Of a stretch of 64,000 bases of DNA, positions 11,306 through 22,128 are shown piece after piece (positions within the stretch are counted from its first letter, which is position 1; every line of letters begins with the position of its first letter). The stretch comes from TPA_inf: Saccharomyces. Taxonomy: Eukaryota. Under the pieces are notes generated by a model. That model made no database searches. It saw nothing but the letters and a program-made list of their open reading frames with translations, and was not told where the DNA came from. The stretch is from positions 736,001 through 800,000 of the forward strand of contig BK006949.2 in the NCBI GenBank assembly GCA_000146045.2. Reading direction: 5' to 3'. A program made the position numbers and the translations under genes.

Positions 11306-13000
11306 ATGTTTTCACGAAGTGATCGAGAGGTAGATGATTTGGCTGGTAATATGAGTCATTTAGGGTTCTATGATTTGAATATTCCTAAACCTACTTCTCC
11401 ACAGGCGCAATATAGGCCTGCTAGAAAGAGCGAAAATGGAAGATTAACTCCCGGACTTCCAAGATCATATAAGCCGTGTGATTCAGATGATCAAGATACC
11501 TTCAAAAATCGCATTTCATTGAATCACTCACCGAAGAAGCTACCCAAGGATTTTCACGAGCGTGCTTCCCAAAGTAAAACCCAGAGAGTTGTTAATGTAT
11601 GCCAACTTTACTTTCTCGACTATTACTGTGACATGTTTGATTATGTTATTAGCAGAAGACAACGTACGAAGCAGGTGCTAAGATATCTTGAACAGCAAAG
11701 AAGTGTCAAAAACGTTTCTAATAAGGTTTTAAATGAAGAATGGGCTTTGTATTTGCAAAGAGAACACGAAGTACTGAGAAAAAGGAGGTTGAAACCTAAG
11801 CACAAGGATTTTCAGATACTGACACAAGTTGGACAGGGTGGTTATGGGCAAGTTTATCTTGCAAAAAAAAAAGACAGTGATGAAATTTGTGCTTTGAAAA
11901 TATTAAACAAGAAACTTTTATTCAAACTAAACGAGACGAATCACGTCCTTACTGAGAGGGACATACTAACCACAACTAGATCTGACTGGCTTGTGAAGTT
12001 GCTTTATGCATTTCAGGATCCAGAGAGCCTATATTTAGCAATGGAATTTGTACCTGGTGGTGATTTTCGCACATTGTTAATAAATACAAGGATATTGAAG
12101 AGCGGTCACGCAAGGTTCTATATCAGCGAAATGTTTTGTGCCGTGAACGCGTTGCATGAACTTGGTTACACTCACCGGGATTTAAAGCCGGAGAATTTCT
12201 TGATTGATGCTACAGGGCATATCAAGCTGACCGATTTTGGTCTAGCAGCAGGGACCGTATCAAATGAAAGAATCGAAAGCATGAAAATACGCTTAGAAGA
12301 AGTAAAGAATTTGGAATTTCCTGCTTTCACAGAAAGGTCTATCGAGGATAGAAGGAAAATATATCATAACATGAGGAAGACAGAAATTAATTACGCTAAC
12401 TCTATGGTCGGTTCGCCTGATTATATGGCCCTAGAAGTTCTGGAAGGTAAAAAATACGATTTTACAGTGGATTATTGGTCATTAGGCTGTATGCTTTTTG
12501 AAAGTTTGGTTGGATATACACCTTTTAGTGGTTCTTCTACTAATGAAACTTACGAGAATTTAAGATATTGGAAAAAAACTTTAAGAAGGCCCCGTACTGA
12601 GGATAGAAGAGCAGCATTCTCAGATAGAACCTGGGATTTAATTACAAGACTAATAGCTGACCCCATCAACAGAGTACGATCTTTTGAGCAAGTTCGCAAA
12701 ATGTCTTATTTCGCAGAGATCAATTTTGAAACCCTAAGAACAAGTTCTCCACCATTTATTCCTCAATTAGATGATGAAACGGATGCAGGTTATTTCGATG
12801 ACTTCACAAATGAAGAAGATATGGCTAAATATGCAGATGTCTTCAAAAGACAGAACAAATTATCTGCAATGGTCGATGACTCTGCCGTTGATTCCAAGCT
12901 TGTTGGATTTACTTTTAGGCATAGAGATGGAAAACAAGGTTCAAGCGGGATACTTTACAATGGTTCAGAACATTCAGACCCTTTTTCAACTTTTTATTAA
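11306..13000 (+). CDS. DBF20: NDR/LATS-family Ser/Thr kinase Dbf20.
   Basis: 564-aa ORF, the same length as YPR111W. Kinase motifs GQGGYGQV, HRDLKPEN, DFG and an AGC-kinase C-terminal extension. Confidence 0.9.
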   Translation: MFSRSDREVDDLAGNMSHLGFYDLNIPKPTSPQAQYRPARKSENGRLTPGLPRSYKPCDSDDQDTFKNRISLNHSPKKLPKDFHERASQSKTQRVVNVCQLYFLDYYCDMFDYVISRRQRTKQVLRYLEQQRSVKNVSNKVLNEEWALYLQREHEVLRKRRLKPKHKDFQILTQVGQGGYGQVYLAKKKDSDEICALKILNKKLLFKLNETNHVLTERDILTTTRSDWLVKLLYAFQDPESLYLAMEFVPGGDFRTLLINTRILKSGHARFYISEMFCAVNALHELGYTHRDLKPENFLIDATGHIKLTDFGLAAGTVSNERIESMKIRLEEVKNLEFPAFTERSIEDRRKIYHNMRKTEINYANSMVGSPDYMALEVLEGKKYDFTVDYWSLGCMLFESLVGYTPFSGSSTNETYENLRYWKKTLRRPRTEDRRAAFSDRTWDLITRLIADPINRVRSFEQVRKMSYFAEINFETLRTSSPPFIPQLDDETDAGYFDDFTNEEDMAKYADVFKRQNKLSAMVDDSAVDSKLVGFTFRHRDGKQGSSGILYNGSEHSDPFSTFY

Positions 13001-13255
13001 GATTACGTCCCTACAATTTAATTTTGTATAGCATAACAGATACATTGACAACAGCAACAAGATGTGCTAACATTTTCCATTTTGAATGATTACCAAAATT
13101 ATGAAACCAAGGCAACATGTAATTTTTAAGTTTAGTAATCTTTTTCGGGATGAGATGTTTTGAAGAGTTTTATGCTATTAAAGTAGTAATATGATTTATA
13201 TATTCAAATAAAATGTAAATTATGAAAGAAAAATACGATAAGCTGATAGGGTAAA

Positions 13256-15919
13256 CTAGAAACCTTCGTTTTCTTCATCATCCACATCCAGTTTCTTTCT
13301 ACCGCCCCCATTTCTTAAGGCAGCCATCTCATTAGTGGCAACTTGCTTTCTAACCTTCTTTGTCATCCTGGCTATCTCTTCTTCAGCGTCAACTGCATCT
13401 TCTTCTGCATATTGCATTACCAATCTGCGGCCCAGTAAATGGACACCGTGCAACTGATCCATAGCATTTTCTGCTTCCTTTGGAAGTAAAAATTCCACGA
13501 ACGCAAAACCTCTTGCAGACTTGTCGAACTTCTTTGGAACTCTAACAGATTTTAATTGACCAAAAGAATTGAATAATTCGAAAACGTCTTTCCTAGTAGC
13601 TTCAAATGGAAGATTCTTAACAATGATTTTACCGCTTTTCTTATTGGATTTAGTCTTTGTATTACCGCTCTGAGATGCTTGTCTATGGGATAACTTCAAT
13701 TGAATCTTATGGCCGTCGATTACCGTCCCATCCATTGCAGCTATCACGGCATTAGCTTGTTCCTTGGTCCTGAATTCTACAAAACCAAACCCCATTGACA
13801 AGGTCTTGCCTTGATGTTTTGGATCAGGTTTTGTCTTCACTTGGGCAACAACAAAACCAGTGAAAACCTTGAACCTATCAGTAAGATTTTGGTTCGTCGT
13901 GGAGAAGTTTAGATTCTTTATGAAAATTGAGACAGTTGGACCATCAATAACGTCTTCATCATGAGCATTAGATGACCCTTCAGTTACATCCTTGTTTGCT
14001 TCCATTAAGTCATTTGATGAAGGTTTTACCTCTACCGGGTTTTCTTCTTCTTTTGCAGAAGTGTTATTTATCAAATCATCGGCCTCAGCTGGTTTAGTAA
14101 AGCAATCCTTAGGCCCCCTTTCTAGATATATTATGCCGTCCTTAAATCTTTTATACGATAGTTTAGTGAAAGCTGCCCTTGCTGACGTTGTGTCCCTGAA
14201 TTGCACTATAGCTATTGTACCAGCTGGTGGCATGAGCAATCTTTCCAATTTACCATATGGCAAAAACATTTCGCCAAGCTCTTCTCTAGTTGTCCCAAAA
14301 GGAAAATTTTTAACCAGTATCACTTTATCGTCTCTTTGATTTGTAGATTTTAACTGTGAAAACTTGGTCAGATCAACACCTTTGGATTCAAAGTATTTTC
14401 TAACATCACCAATAACATGGGCTTCAGCCAAAGCTTGTTTGACAGCCGAACTTGAGTTTTCAGCATCGATCAATTGAGATTTTTCTAGACCCAATTTGGC
14501 TGCCACACTACCCAAAACAGCATCTTGGTTCATATACAAGGAGTTCCAAGAAAATGTTTGTCTGGATGCAGCTGCCTTCCTTTTCAATTCCTTTTGCTTT
14601 TTCAATGGCATATTCTTTAAATCAAACTCATCTAATCTATGGCTTTTTTTTTCTTCACCAGGAAGAATATGCAATAGTCTTCCTTGAAAAATCTGTTTAT
14701 CCAATTCAACATAGGCGTTCACTGCATTCTTAGAATCCTTAAATAGAACGTATGCAAATCCTTTGGATTGACCAGTCCTGGTATCCAAAGCCACATGAAC
14801 CTCCTCTAACTCTCCAAATGGACTAAATAGTTTCCTGAAATCTTCTTCTTTGGAGGTATACAAGATATTACGTAAGAATAAACGGCCAGTTTGGTTAATT
14901 TTTTCAATAGCCAGTTCTTCGTCCGTCTTTTGCGGCACAGCACGTTCTGGTTGTTCTTCCTTCTTGGTATCGAGACTTTCATTTTGTTCAGTAGCGTATG
15001 ATGATGATTTTTCCCTTGTTTCCGCTTCACTTTCTTTGATTCTTACACGGCGTTGTTTGAACCAATCTAGGTCAGAAACCTTTTCATCTTGGGCGAGGTT
15101 TCTCCTCTTTTCATTCTCTTTTTCATCACTATTAGCGTCATCATTAACTAAACCTATATCAGTATCCTTCAAATTGCTAATACTTATCATCTTTTCTTCC
15201 TCTCCGGCATCTTCTTGATCTTCATCCCTGTTTCTGTTGAGAGCCGAATATTCATCGTCACTTTCATTCTCAATGACCAAATTTGGTGCTTCGTCTTTAT
15301 TATTCTCTTCCTTTAAGGCTAATGCATGAGCCAATAGAGAATTCCCTTGCACGCTGGAGTCCTCTTCTTCCCGTTTTAGTTTTTCGTCCTCTATGCTCTT
15401 GTCAATGCCAACTTTTTCCCATGATGTGACTTGTGAGCTTGGCTTCATAGTCTCCATGAACTCTTGTAATTGCTTGTTCTTGCGAATCTCGTCATCAATG
15501 TTGCTGTGCTTATTTTCATCCACTTTCTTTTTCTTTCGATTTTCTTCTTGTAGCAATTTTTCTTCCTTTTCCCTAAACCTTTTCAGAGCTTCTCTTCTCT
15601 TCTCCTTCATGGGCTGCGGGACTCTTGGGTCTGCAAAGCTTTTAGCCATGGACACTTCTATCTTAGAAGTGTTGATAAAACTGCCATTGAAATACTCTAC
15701 AGCATCAAAAGCGTCTTCCTCGTTACGGTATCCGATAAATCCAAATCTTCTACTTTCTCCGTTCCTATCTCTAAGAATTTTAACATCTGTTATGAGGTCT
15801 GGACCACTACCATTAACTGCTTGATGGGAATGTTTTTGACGTAATCTTTTTGTAAAATGCTCCCTGAGATTATCATCTGTTAGATAGACGGGCAAACCCT
15901 TGACAATGATACGGGACAT
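13256..15919 (-). CDS. MRD1: Multiple-RRM pre-rRNA processing protein Mrd1.
   Basis: 887-aa ORF, the same length as YPR112C. It has five RNP-type RRMs (e.g. KGFAFVEF, RGFAFVEF). Confidence 0.9.
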   Translation of the reverse strand: MSRIIVKGLPVYLTDDNLREHFTKRLRQKHSHQAVNGSGPDLITDVKILRDRNGESRRFGFIGYRNEEDAFDAVEYFNGSFINTSKIEVSMAKSFADPRVPQPMKEKRREALKRFREKEEKLLQEENRKKKKVDENKHSNIDDEIRKNKQLQEFMETMKPSSQVTSWEKVGIDKSIEDEKLKREEEDSSVQGNSLLAHALALKEENNKDEAPNLVIENESDDEYSALNRNRDEDQEDAGEEEKMISISNLKDTDIGLVNDDANSDEKENEKRRNLAQDEKVSDLDWFKQRRVRIKESEAETREKSSSYATEQNESLDTKKEEQPERAVPQKTDEELAIEKINQTGRLFLRNILYTSKEEDFRKLFSPFGELEEVHVALDTRTGQSKGFAYVLFKDSKNAVNAYVELDKQIFQGRLLHILPGEEKKSHRLDEFDLKNMPLKKQKELKRKAAASRQTFSWNSLYMNQDAVLGSVAAKLGLEKSQLIDAENSSSAVKQALAEAHVIGDVRKYFESKGVDLTKFSQLKSTNQRDDKVILVKNFPFGTTREELGEMFLPYGKLERLLMPPAGTIAIVQFRDTTSARAAFTKLSYKRFKDGIIYLERGPKDCFTKPAEADDLINNTSAKEEENPVEVKPSSNDLMEANKDVTEGSSNAHDEDVIDGPTVSIFIKNLNFSTTNQNLTDRFKVFTGFVVAQVKTKPDPKHQGKTLSMGFGFVEFRTKEQANAVIAAMDGTVIDGHKIQLKLSHRQASQSGNTKTKSNKKSGKIIVKNLPFEATRKDVFELFNSFGQLKSVRVPKKFDKSARGFAFVEFLLPKEAENAMDQLHGVHLLGRRLVMQYAEEDAVDAEEEIARMTKKVRKQVATNEMAALRNGGGRKKLDVDDEENEGF

Positions 15920-15994
15920 GTTAGTTATGTTATCTTGTGCTTGAGGCTCAAATTAAATCTCAGTTCAGGTTGCAGTCTTTGCATATGAAGTACC

Positions 15995-16039
15995 GATGAG
16001 ATGAGATGAGATGAGCTCTAAATTTCCATAAAATTTTTT
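15995..16039 (-). promoter_or_regulatory. PAC repeat, GATGAG reiterated as (ATGAG)4, plus an RRPE in the MRD1 promoter, which is divergent with PIS1.
   Basis: ccGATGAGATGAGATGAGATGAGct at 15993-16017 followed by ataAAATTTTTTca at 16028-16041. This lies 75-120 bp upstream of the MRD1 ATG; MRD1 is a Ribi-regulon gene. Confidence 0.7.
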
Positions 16040-16256
16040 CATTTTATAAAATTCACGTCGCTCCGCACGTAAATCCCTATTACGGAAATTATTTCTCAAT
16101 AGGGAAAGCCCCTCCTATTGTTTTTTCCGTCTCGAGGATTTTTCACTTTTAGTATATAAGTAAAACATAAAAAACATGAGAGGTGGTATGGTTTATTTGC
16201 CGTCACTGTGGAGCCTTCAAGTAATGTAAATAAGAGGGAAAGTGTGATAGTACAAG

Positions 16257-16919
16257 ATGAGTTCGAATTCAACACCAGAAAAGGTTACTGCAGAACACGT
16301 TCTGTGGTATATTCCCAATAAGATCGGTTATGTTCGTGTTATCACCGCCGCCCTTTCTTTTTTCGTTATGAAGAATCATCCTACGGCCTTTACATGGTTG
16401 TATAGTACATCATGTCTACTGGATGCGCTAGACGGAACCATGGCAAGAAAGTACAATCAGGTTTCCAGTCTGGGTGCCGTTCTGGACATGGTTACCGACA
16501 GATCCAGTACCGCTGGCTTGATGTGTTTCCTTTGTGTGCAGTATCCCCAATGGTGCGTTTTCTTCCAATTAATGCTGGGCTTGGATATTACTAGTCACTA
16601 CATGCATATGTATGCCAGTTTAAGTGCTGGTAAGACTTCTCATAAAAGTGTGGGCGAGGGTGAGTCCAGATTGTTACACCTGTACTACACGAGAAGAGAC
16701 GTACTGTTCACTATCTGTGCGTTTAACGAACTATTTTATGCTGGATTGTACTTGCAGTTGTTCTCAAATTCTGCAACCTTTGGTAAATGGACTACAATCA
16801 TAAGTTTCCCTGGTTACGTGTTCAAGCAGACCGCAAACGTTGTCCAGCTAAAAAGGGCAGCCTTGATTTTAGCAGACAACGATGCCAAGAATGCCAACGA
16901 GAAGAACAAGACTTACTGA
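16257..16919 (+). CDS. PIS1: CDP-diacylglycerol--inositol 3-phosphatidyltransferase (phosphatidylinositol synthase).
   Basis: 220-aa ORF, the same length as YPR113W. CDP-alcohol phosphotransferase motif DGxxAR...G...D...D (DALDGTMARKYNQVSSLGAVLDMVTD). Confidence 0.9.
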   Translation: MSSNSTPEKVTAEHVLWYIPNKIGYVRVITAALSFFVMKNHPTAFTWLYSTSCLLDALDGTMARKYNQVSSLGAVLDMVTDRSSTAGLMCFLCVQYPQWCVFFQLMLGLDITSHYMHMYASLSAGKTSHKSVGEGESRLLHLYYTRRDVLFTICAFNELFYAGLYLQLFSNSATFGKWTTIISFPGYVFKQTANVVQLKRAALILADNDAKNANEKNKTY

Positions 16920-17300
16920 TAGGATGAGTTTCTTACTTTTTTTCTCCTTTTAATTGCGCTAATCTTTTATTTATGTGTAGTTTTTATTTATGTGAAATGG
17001 AACATTCGTTGATTTAACTTTAAAAGCAGCCTACTCTATCGTCTTGATTATACTTGGCACAACAAATGCTCAAATAAACGAAAAATTTCATATTGTTGGT
17101 ACTTTTTCTCAACGCGGTTTTTTTCCTGTTTTTTTCGAGCAGTTCCCGAGGGCATATTTAACATAAGCCAAGGAGAGAGAAAAAACGTTTGTTGGACAGA
17201 TCAAAAAGAAAAAGAAGAAGACCTCTCCTCTATCTCAAGCTTCTGCCCCCCCCCCCGGAAGGAATTCAAGCACGAAGGTGAACATTGCCTACAAGAAAAA

Positions 17301-18248
17301 ATGGATGTTTTATTGTCGCTTCCTCAACCGGAATTATTTAAGACCACGGTGATTCCGTTCTTGGCAAATCGCAATATAATCAAGTCGGAAGCGATTCTCT
17401 CCAACTTGCACTCAATTTTTTATGTTGCTATATTCTACCATATTTGGTTTCTTTTTGGCAAATGGATCTTATTCCCACATTTGGTTAAATGGAAATTGGA
17501 CTATGACCAAAAACATAACGTCAAGAAAGATGAGAAGACAACTTCGGAACGTCAAGCTCAACATTACAAAAAGAAGTACACTTCTTTGATCAATCAAAGT
17601 TCAGTCCACTTAATATCCCTACTGCAAAGCATAGTGGTCCTGTACTACTCATTGAAGTTCTTGCTTGATCCAAAAGCCTCGGCCGAGCCCTACCAAACCT
17701 CACACTCTCGAGTGTTTACAGAAAATCGAGACACTCAAGTCATCTGTATTTTTGCTATTGGTTATTTCGTCTGGGATATCTATATTTCCACCATGTATTC
17801 TACTTTCCCCTTCGTTGTGCACGGAATAATCTCCACCGTCGTGTTTTGCATCGGATTGAAACCGTACATCCAATATTACGCCCCAGTGTTCTTGATGTTC
17901 GAACTTTCCAATCCCTCCTTGAACTTTAGATGGTTCGGTATCAAATTTCTACCCCAGAAAAGCAAATTCTGCTCTCTACTGCTGCTGTTGAACAATTTGA
18001 CGCTCATGGTCGTCTTCTTTGCCGCTAGAATCGCCTGGGGGTGGTTTCAAATTGGAAAACTATGTTACGACTTTTACCAGGTGCGCAATGAACCTGGTTT
18101 CTTAGTCTTTGACACCATTGTTATCCTTGCAGGCAATTTCGTCCTGGACATCTTGAATGTTATTTGGTTTTCTACCATGGTGTCTGTGGCTGCAAAGGTC
18201 TTGAAGAAGGGGGAGTCTGTAGACAAAGTCACTAAGAATGAACAATAA
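17301..18248 (+). CDS. Uncharacterised TLC-domain (TRAM/LAG1/CLN8-like) multipass membrane protein YPR114W.
   Basis: 315-aa ORF, the same length as YPR114W. Multiple hydrophobic helices. Position between PIS1 and RGC1 agrees. Confidence 0.75.
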   Translation: MDVLLSLPQPELFKTTVIPFLANRNIIKSEAILSNLHSIFYVAIFYHIWFLFGKWILFPHLVKWKLDYDQKHNVKKDEKTTSERQAQHYKKKYTSLINQSSVHLISLLQSIVVLYYSLKFLLDPKASAEPYQTSHSRVFTENRDTQVICIFAIGYFVWDIYISTMYSTFPFVVHGIISTVVFCIGLKPYIQYYAPVFLMFELSNPSLNFRWFGIKFLPQKSKFCSLLLLLNNLTLMVVFFAARIAWGWFQIGKLCYDFYQVRNEPGFLVFDTIVILAGNFVLDILNVIWFSTMVSVAAKVLKKGESVDKVTKNEQ

Positions 18249-18876
18249 TCCATGGAGGCACACTTTAACATGTGCATATATGTGTATATAGACTATAAAC
18301 TTGTGTAAGCTATGCGAGCATTACAAACCTAGAAAATTACAGGCAATAAATCAATATTGATACATGGCGAATTTTTGTGGGGGGGGGGCAGGATCTTTGC
18401 CTACATTTTCTTCTTTAATTTTACCTAGACTGAGCGATTCTGCCACCTTCAGGACTACTGAACACTTTCAATGCTACTTTTGCCAGAATTATACTATACT
18501 ACCACACTTTCATGTGATGAAACGTGAAACTCTAATCACGAGATTTAGGGGGAGGTGTTTCATATGCGGATAACGCCGTTCTCGCGCAAGCTGATTTTCC
18601 ATTGCTTAATAAAAAGGCGAAAAGCCTCCTACATAGAGGATGATGTTGGTTTGACCGTGATTGATGTCCAAGTAGCTGTGGCTTATTGGGTATTCTTTCG
18701 GAAGCTTTTGTGATTTTTTTGTTAAGGTTTGAGAGTGGTTAATTGAGCCAAATACGGCGCGGTACAGGTAAAGAGAGAAGAATCATAAAGAAAGCTGTTT
18801 TCTTTATCCTAGTCTACTTTTTATGGCTTTGTGTGCTAAAAGAAGAAAAACAAGAGATAATTAAGTGGATTAATAG

Positions 18877-21800
18877 ATGTCTGACTATTTCACGTTTCCT
18901 AAGCAGGAGAATGGCGGTATCTCGAAGCAGCCTGCGACACCAGGTTCAACTCGGAGCTCTTCTAGAAATTTGGAGTTACCGAAGAACTATCGTTCATTTG
19001 GTGGTAGTAGCGATGAACTGGCATCTATGTATTCCGCCGACTCCCAGTACTTGATGGATATGATTCCTGATTCATTGACGCTGAAAAATGAGCCAGCATC
19101 TGGAAATACGCAAATGAACGGGCCAGATGGCAAAGAGAATAAGGACATAAAACTTGACGAGTATATATTACCCAAGACAGACCCAAGGTCACCCTACTAT
19201 ATTAACATGCCTATACCTAAAAAATTGCCGAAGAGTGAAGGTAAGGCGAGGGCTAAACAAAAGGTTAACAGGGCTGATCCTTCTGATTTAGATGTGGAGA
19301 ACATTTACGAAACTTCCGGGGAGTTTGTTAGAGAGTATCCGACAGATATTTTGATTGATAGGTTTCACAAATGGAAGAAAATCTTGAAAAGTTTGATCGC
19401 TTACTTCAGAGAAGCTGCCTACTCTCAGGAACAAATTGCAAGGATCAACTACCAGATGAAAAATGCCGTAAAATTTGCTTTTCTTACTGATTTGGAAGAT
19501 GAAACAAACAAACTGGTTGATCCAAGTATATCTAAGTTGCCTACTAAGAAACCTCAGCCTGTCCCATTGGCCGCTCAAAAATTGGACAGCAAGTACGACA
19601 CAGATGTGGAACAGCCGCAGTCAATCCAATCAGTACCTTCGGAAGAGGTAGCTTCAGCTTCTTCTGGCTTCATGAAATTTGGGTCAGGATCCATTCAAGA
19701 TATTCAAGTGATTTTGAAGAAGTACCATTTATCTTTGGGTAGTCAACAATATAAGATCTCTAAGGAAATCTTGGCATATATTATACCCAAATTGACCGAC
19801 TTGCGTAAGGATTTGACCACAAAGATGAAAGAAATTAAAGAATTAAATGGAGATTTCAAGACTAACATAGGCGAGCATATCAAAATAACAAGCAGGCTTC
19901 TGAATAAATATATTGCTTCAGTGAAGTTATTAGATGAAGCATCCACTTCGGGCGATAAGCAAGGTGAAAAATTAAAACCAAAACACGATCCATACCTTTT
20001 GAAATTACAACTAGATTTGCAGCTGAAAAGACAATTACTCGAAGAAAACTATCTTCGAGAAGCTTTTCTGAATTTACAATCAGCAGCACTACAACTGGAG
20101 AAAATAGTATATTCTAAAATTCAATCCGCATTACAGCGCTACTCAGCGTTAATTGATTCAGAAGCACGATTAATGATCAAAAATTTGTGCCATGAATTGC
20201 AGCAAGGTATTCTATCTAGACCACCGGCTGTAGAGTGGGATAATTTTGTCTCTCATCATCCTACCTGTCTGATGAATTTAAAATCGACAGACCCGCCACC
20301 GCAACCCAGAAGATTATCTGATATTGTTTATCCTAACATGAAATCGCCGCTGGCCAAATGCATTAGAGTAGGATATCTACTGAAGAAAACAGAGTCTTCT
20401 AAAAGTTTTACTAAAGGTTATTTTGTGTTGACTACAAATTATCTTCACGAATTCAAAAGCAGCGATTTCTTTCTAGACAGCAAGTCTCCCCGTTCAAAAA
20501 ATAAACCTGTTGTTGAACAATCAGACATTAGCCGTGTGAATAAGGATGGGACTAACGCTGGCAGTCACCCATCGAGCAAAGGGACACAGGATCCGAAACT
20601 GACGAAGAGAAGAAAGGGTTTGAGTTCTTCGAATCTATATCCTATCTCTAGTTTGTCTTTAAATGATTGCTCATTAAAGGATAGTACTGACTCAACTTTT
20701 GTTTTACAAGGGTATGCTAGTTATCATTCACCAGAGGACACATGTACAAAAGAATCAAGCACGACCTCAGATTTGGCATGTCCAACAAAGACGCTTGCTT
20801 CAAATAAGGGCAAACATCAACGTACGCCTTCAGCTCTCTCGATGGTGTCCGTTCCGAAATTTCTAAAGAGTTCTTCCGTGCCCAAGGAACAAAAAAAGGC
20901 TAAAGAAGAAGCTAACATCAATAAGAAGTCAATTTGCGAGAAGCGCGTTGAATGGACGTTTAAAATATTTTCCGCAAGTCTTGAACCAACTCCAGAGGAA
21001 TCAAAAAATTTCAAGAAATGGGTTCAGGACATAAAAGCGCTTACAAGTTTCAATTCTACTCAGGAGAGGTCGAACTTCATTGAAGAAAAGATTCTGAAAA
21101 GTAGAAACCATAATAATGGAAAGAGCTCTCAAAGGTCCAAAAACAGTACATATATCACTCCAGTAGACAGTTTTGTTAACCTTTCTGAAAAAGTAACGCC
21201 ATCTTCCTCTGTTACCACGTTAAACACTAGGAAGAGGGCAAATCGTCCTCGTTATATAGACATCCCAAAAAGCGCAAATATGAATGCAGGCGCTATGAAT
21301 TCCGTATACAGGTCAAAAGTCAATACACCAGCCATTGATGAAAATGGTAATCTGGCCATAGTGGGAGAAACGAAAAACAGTGCTCCACAAAATGGTATGA
21401 GTTACACAATTAGAACCCCTTGCAAATCGCCTTATTCACCTTATACTGGGGAAGGTATGCTTTACAACCGGTCAGCAGATAACTTAATGGCATCCTCTTC
21501 GCGAAAAGCATCGGCTCCCGGAGAGGTACCTCAAATAGCTGTTAGTAATCATGGGGATGAAGCCATTATTCCGGCAAGCGCGTATTCAGATAGTAGTCAT
21601 AAATCGTCTCGTGCCTCCAGTGTTGCATCCATTCACAACCAACGGGTTGATTTTTATCCTTCGCCATTAATGAACTTACCAGGTGTTTCACCCAGTTGTC
21701 TAGCATTGGATGGTAATGCAAACGGATATTTTGGAATACCATTGAATTGCAATTCGGAAGCAAGACGAGGGTCAGATCTTTCACCTTTTGAGATGGAGTC

Positions 21801-22128
21801 TCCATTGTTCGAGGAAAACAGAACTCAAAACTGCAGTGGCTCTCGCAAAAGTTCAGCTTGTCATATTCCCCATCAATGTGGTCCAAGGAAAGAAGGTAAT
21901 GACTCACGATTGATCTACGGCAATGAGAAGGGCGCCTCACAATCACGTCTAACGTTGAAGGAACCGCTTACATCTAAAGGTGTTGAAGCTCCTTATAGCA
22001 GTTTGAAAAAGACATATAGTGCGGAAAACGTCCCACTAACATCTACTGTATCGAATGATAAGTCTCTTCACTCGCGCAAGGAGGGAAGTACTAATACTGT
22101 ACCTGCTACATCCGCGTCAAGTAAGTGA
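18877..22128 (+). CDS. RGC1: Regulator of the glycerol channel Fps1; PH-domain protein.
   Basis: 1083-aa ORF, the same length as YPR115W. A Ser/Thr-rich low-complexity C-terminus. Confidence 0.85.
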   Translation: MSDYFTFPKQENGGISKQPATPGSTRSSSRNLELPKNYRSFGGSSDELASMYSADSQYLMDMIPDSLTLKNEPASGNTQMNGPDGKENKDIKLDEYILPKTDPRSPYYINMPIPKKLPKSEGKARAKQKVNRADPSDLDVENIYETSGEFVREYPTDILIDRFHKWKKILKSLIAYFREAAYSQEQIARINYQMKNAVKFAFLTDLEDETNKLVDPSISKLPTKKPQPVPLAAQKLDSKYDTDVEQPQSIQSVPSEEVASASSGFMKFGSGSIQDIQVILKKYHLSLGSQQYKISKEILAYIIPKLTDLRKDLTTKMKEIKELNGDFKTNIGEHIKITSRLLNKYIASVKLLDEASTSGDKQGEKLKPKHDPYLLKLQLDLQLKRQLLEENYLREAFLNLQSAALQLEKIVYSKIQSALQRYSALIDSEARLMIKNLCHELQQGILSRPPAVEWDNFVSHHPTCLMNLKSTDPPPQPRRLSDIVYPNMKSPLAKCIRVGYLLKKTESSKSFTKGYFVLTTNYLHEFKSSDFFLDSKSPRSKNKPVVEQSDISRVNKDGTNAGSHPSSKGTQDPKLTKRRKGLSSSNLYPISSLSLNDCSLKDSTDSTFVLQGYASYHSPEDTCTKESSTTSDLACPTKTLASNKGKHQRTPSALSMVSVPKFLKSSSVPKEQKKAKEEANINKKSICEKRVEWTFKIFSASLEPTPEESKNFKKWVQDIKALTSFNSTQERSNFIEEKILKSRNHNNGKSSQRSKNSTYITPVDSFVNLSEKVTPSSSVTTLNTRKRANRPRYIDIPKSANMNAGAMNSVYRSKVNTPAIDENGNLAIVGETKNSAPQNGMSYTIRTPCKSPYSPYTGEGMLYNRSADNLMASSSRKASAPGEVPQIAVSNHGDEAIIPASAYSDSSHKSSRASSVASIHNQRVDFYPSPLMNLPGVSPSCLALDGNANGYFGIPLNCNSEARRGSDLSPFEMESPLFEENRTQNCSGSRKSSACHIPHQCGPRKEGNDSRLIYGNEKGASQSRLTLKEPLTSKGVEAPYSSLKKTYSAENVPLTSTVSNDKSLHSRKEGSTNTVPATSASSK

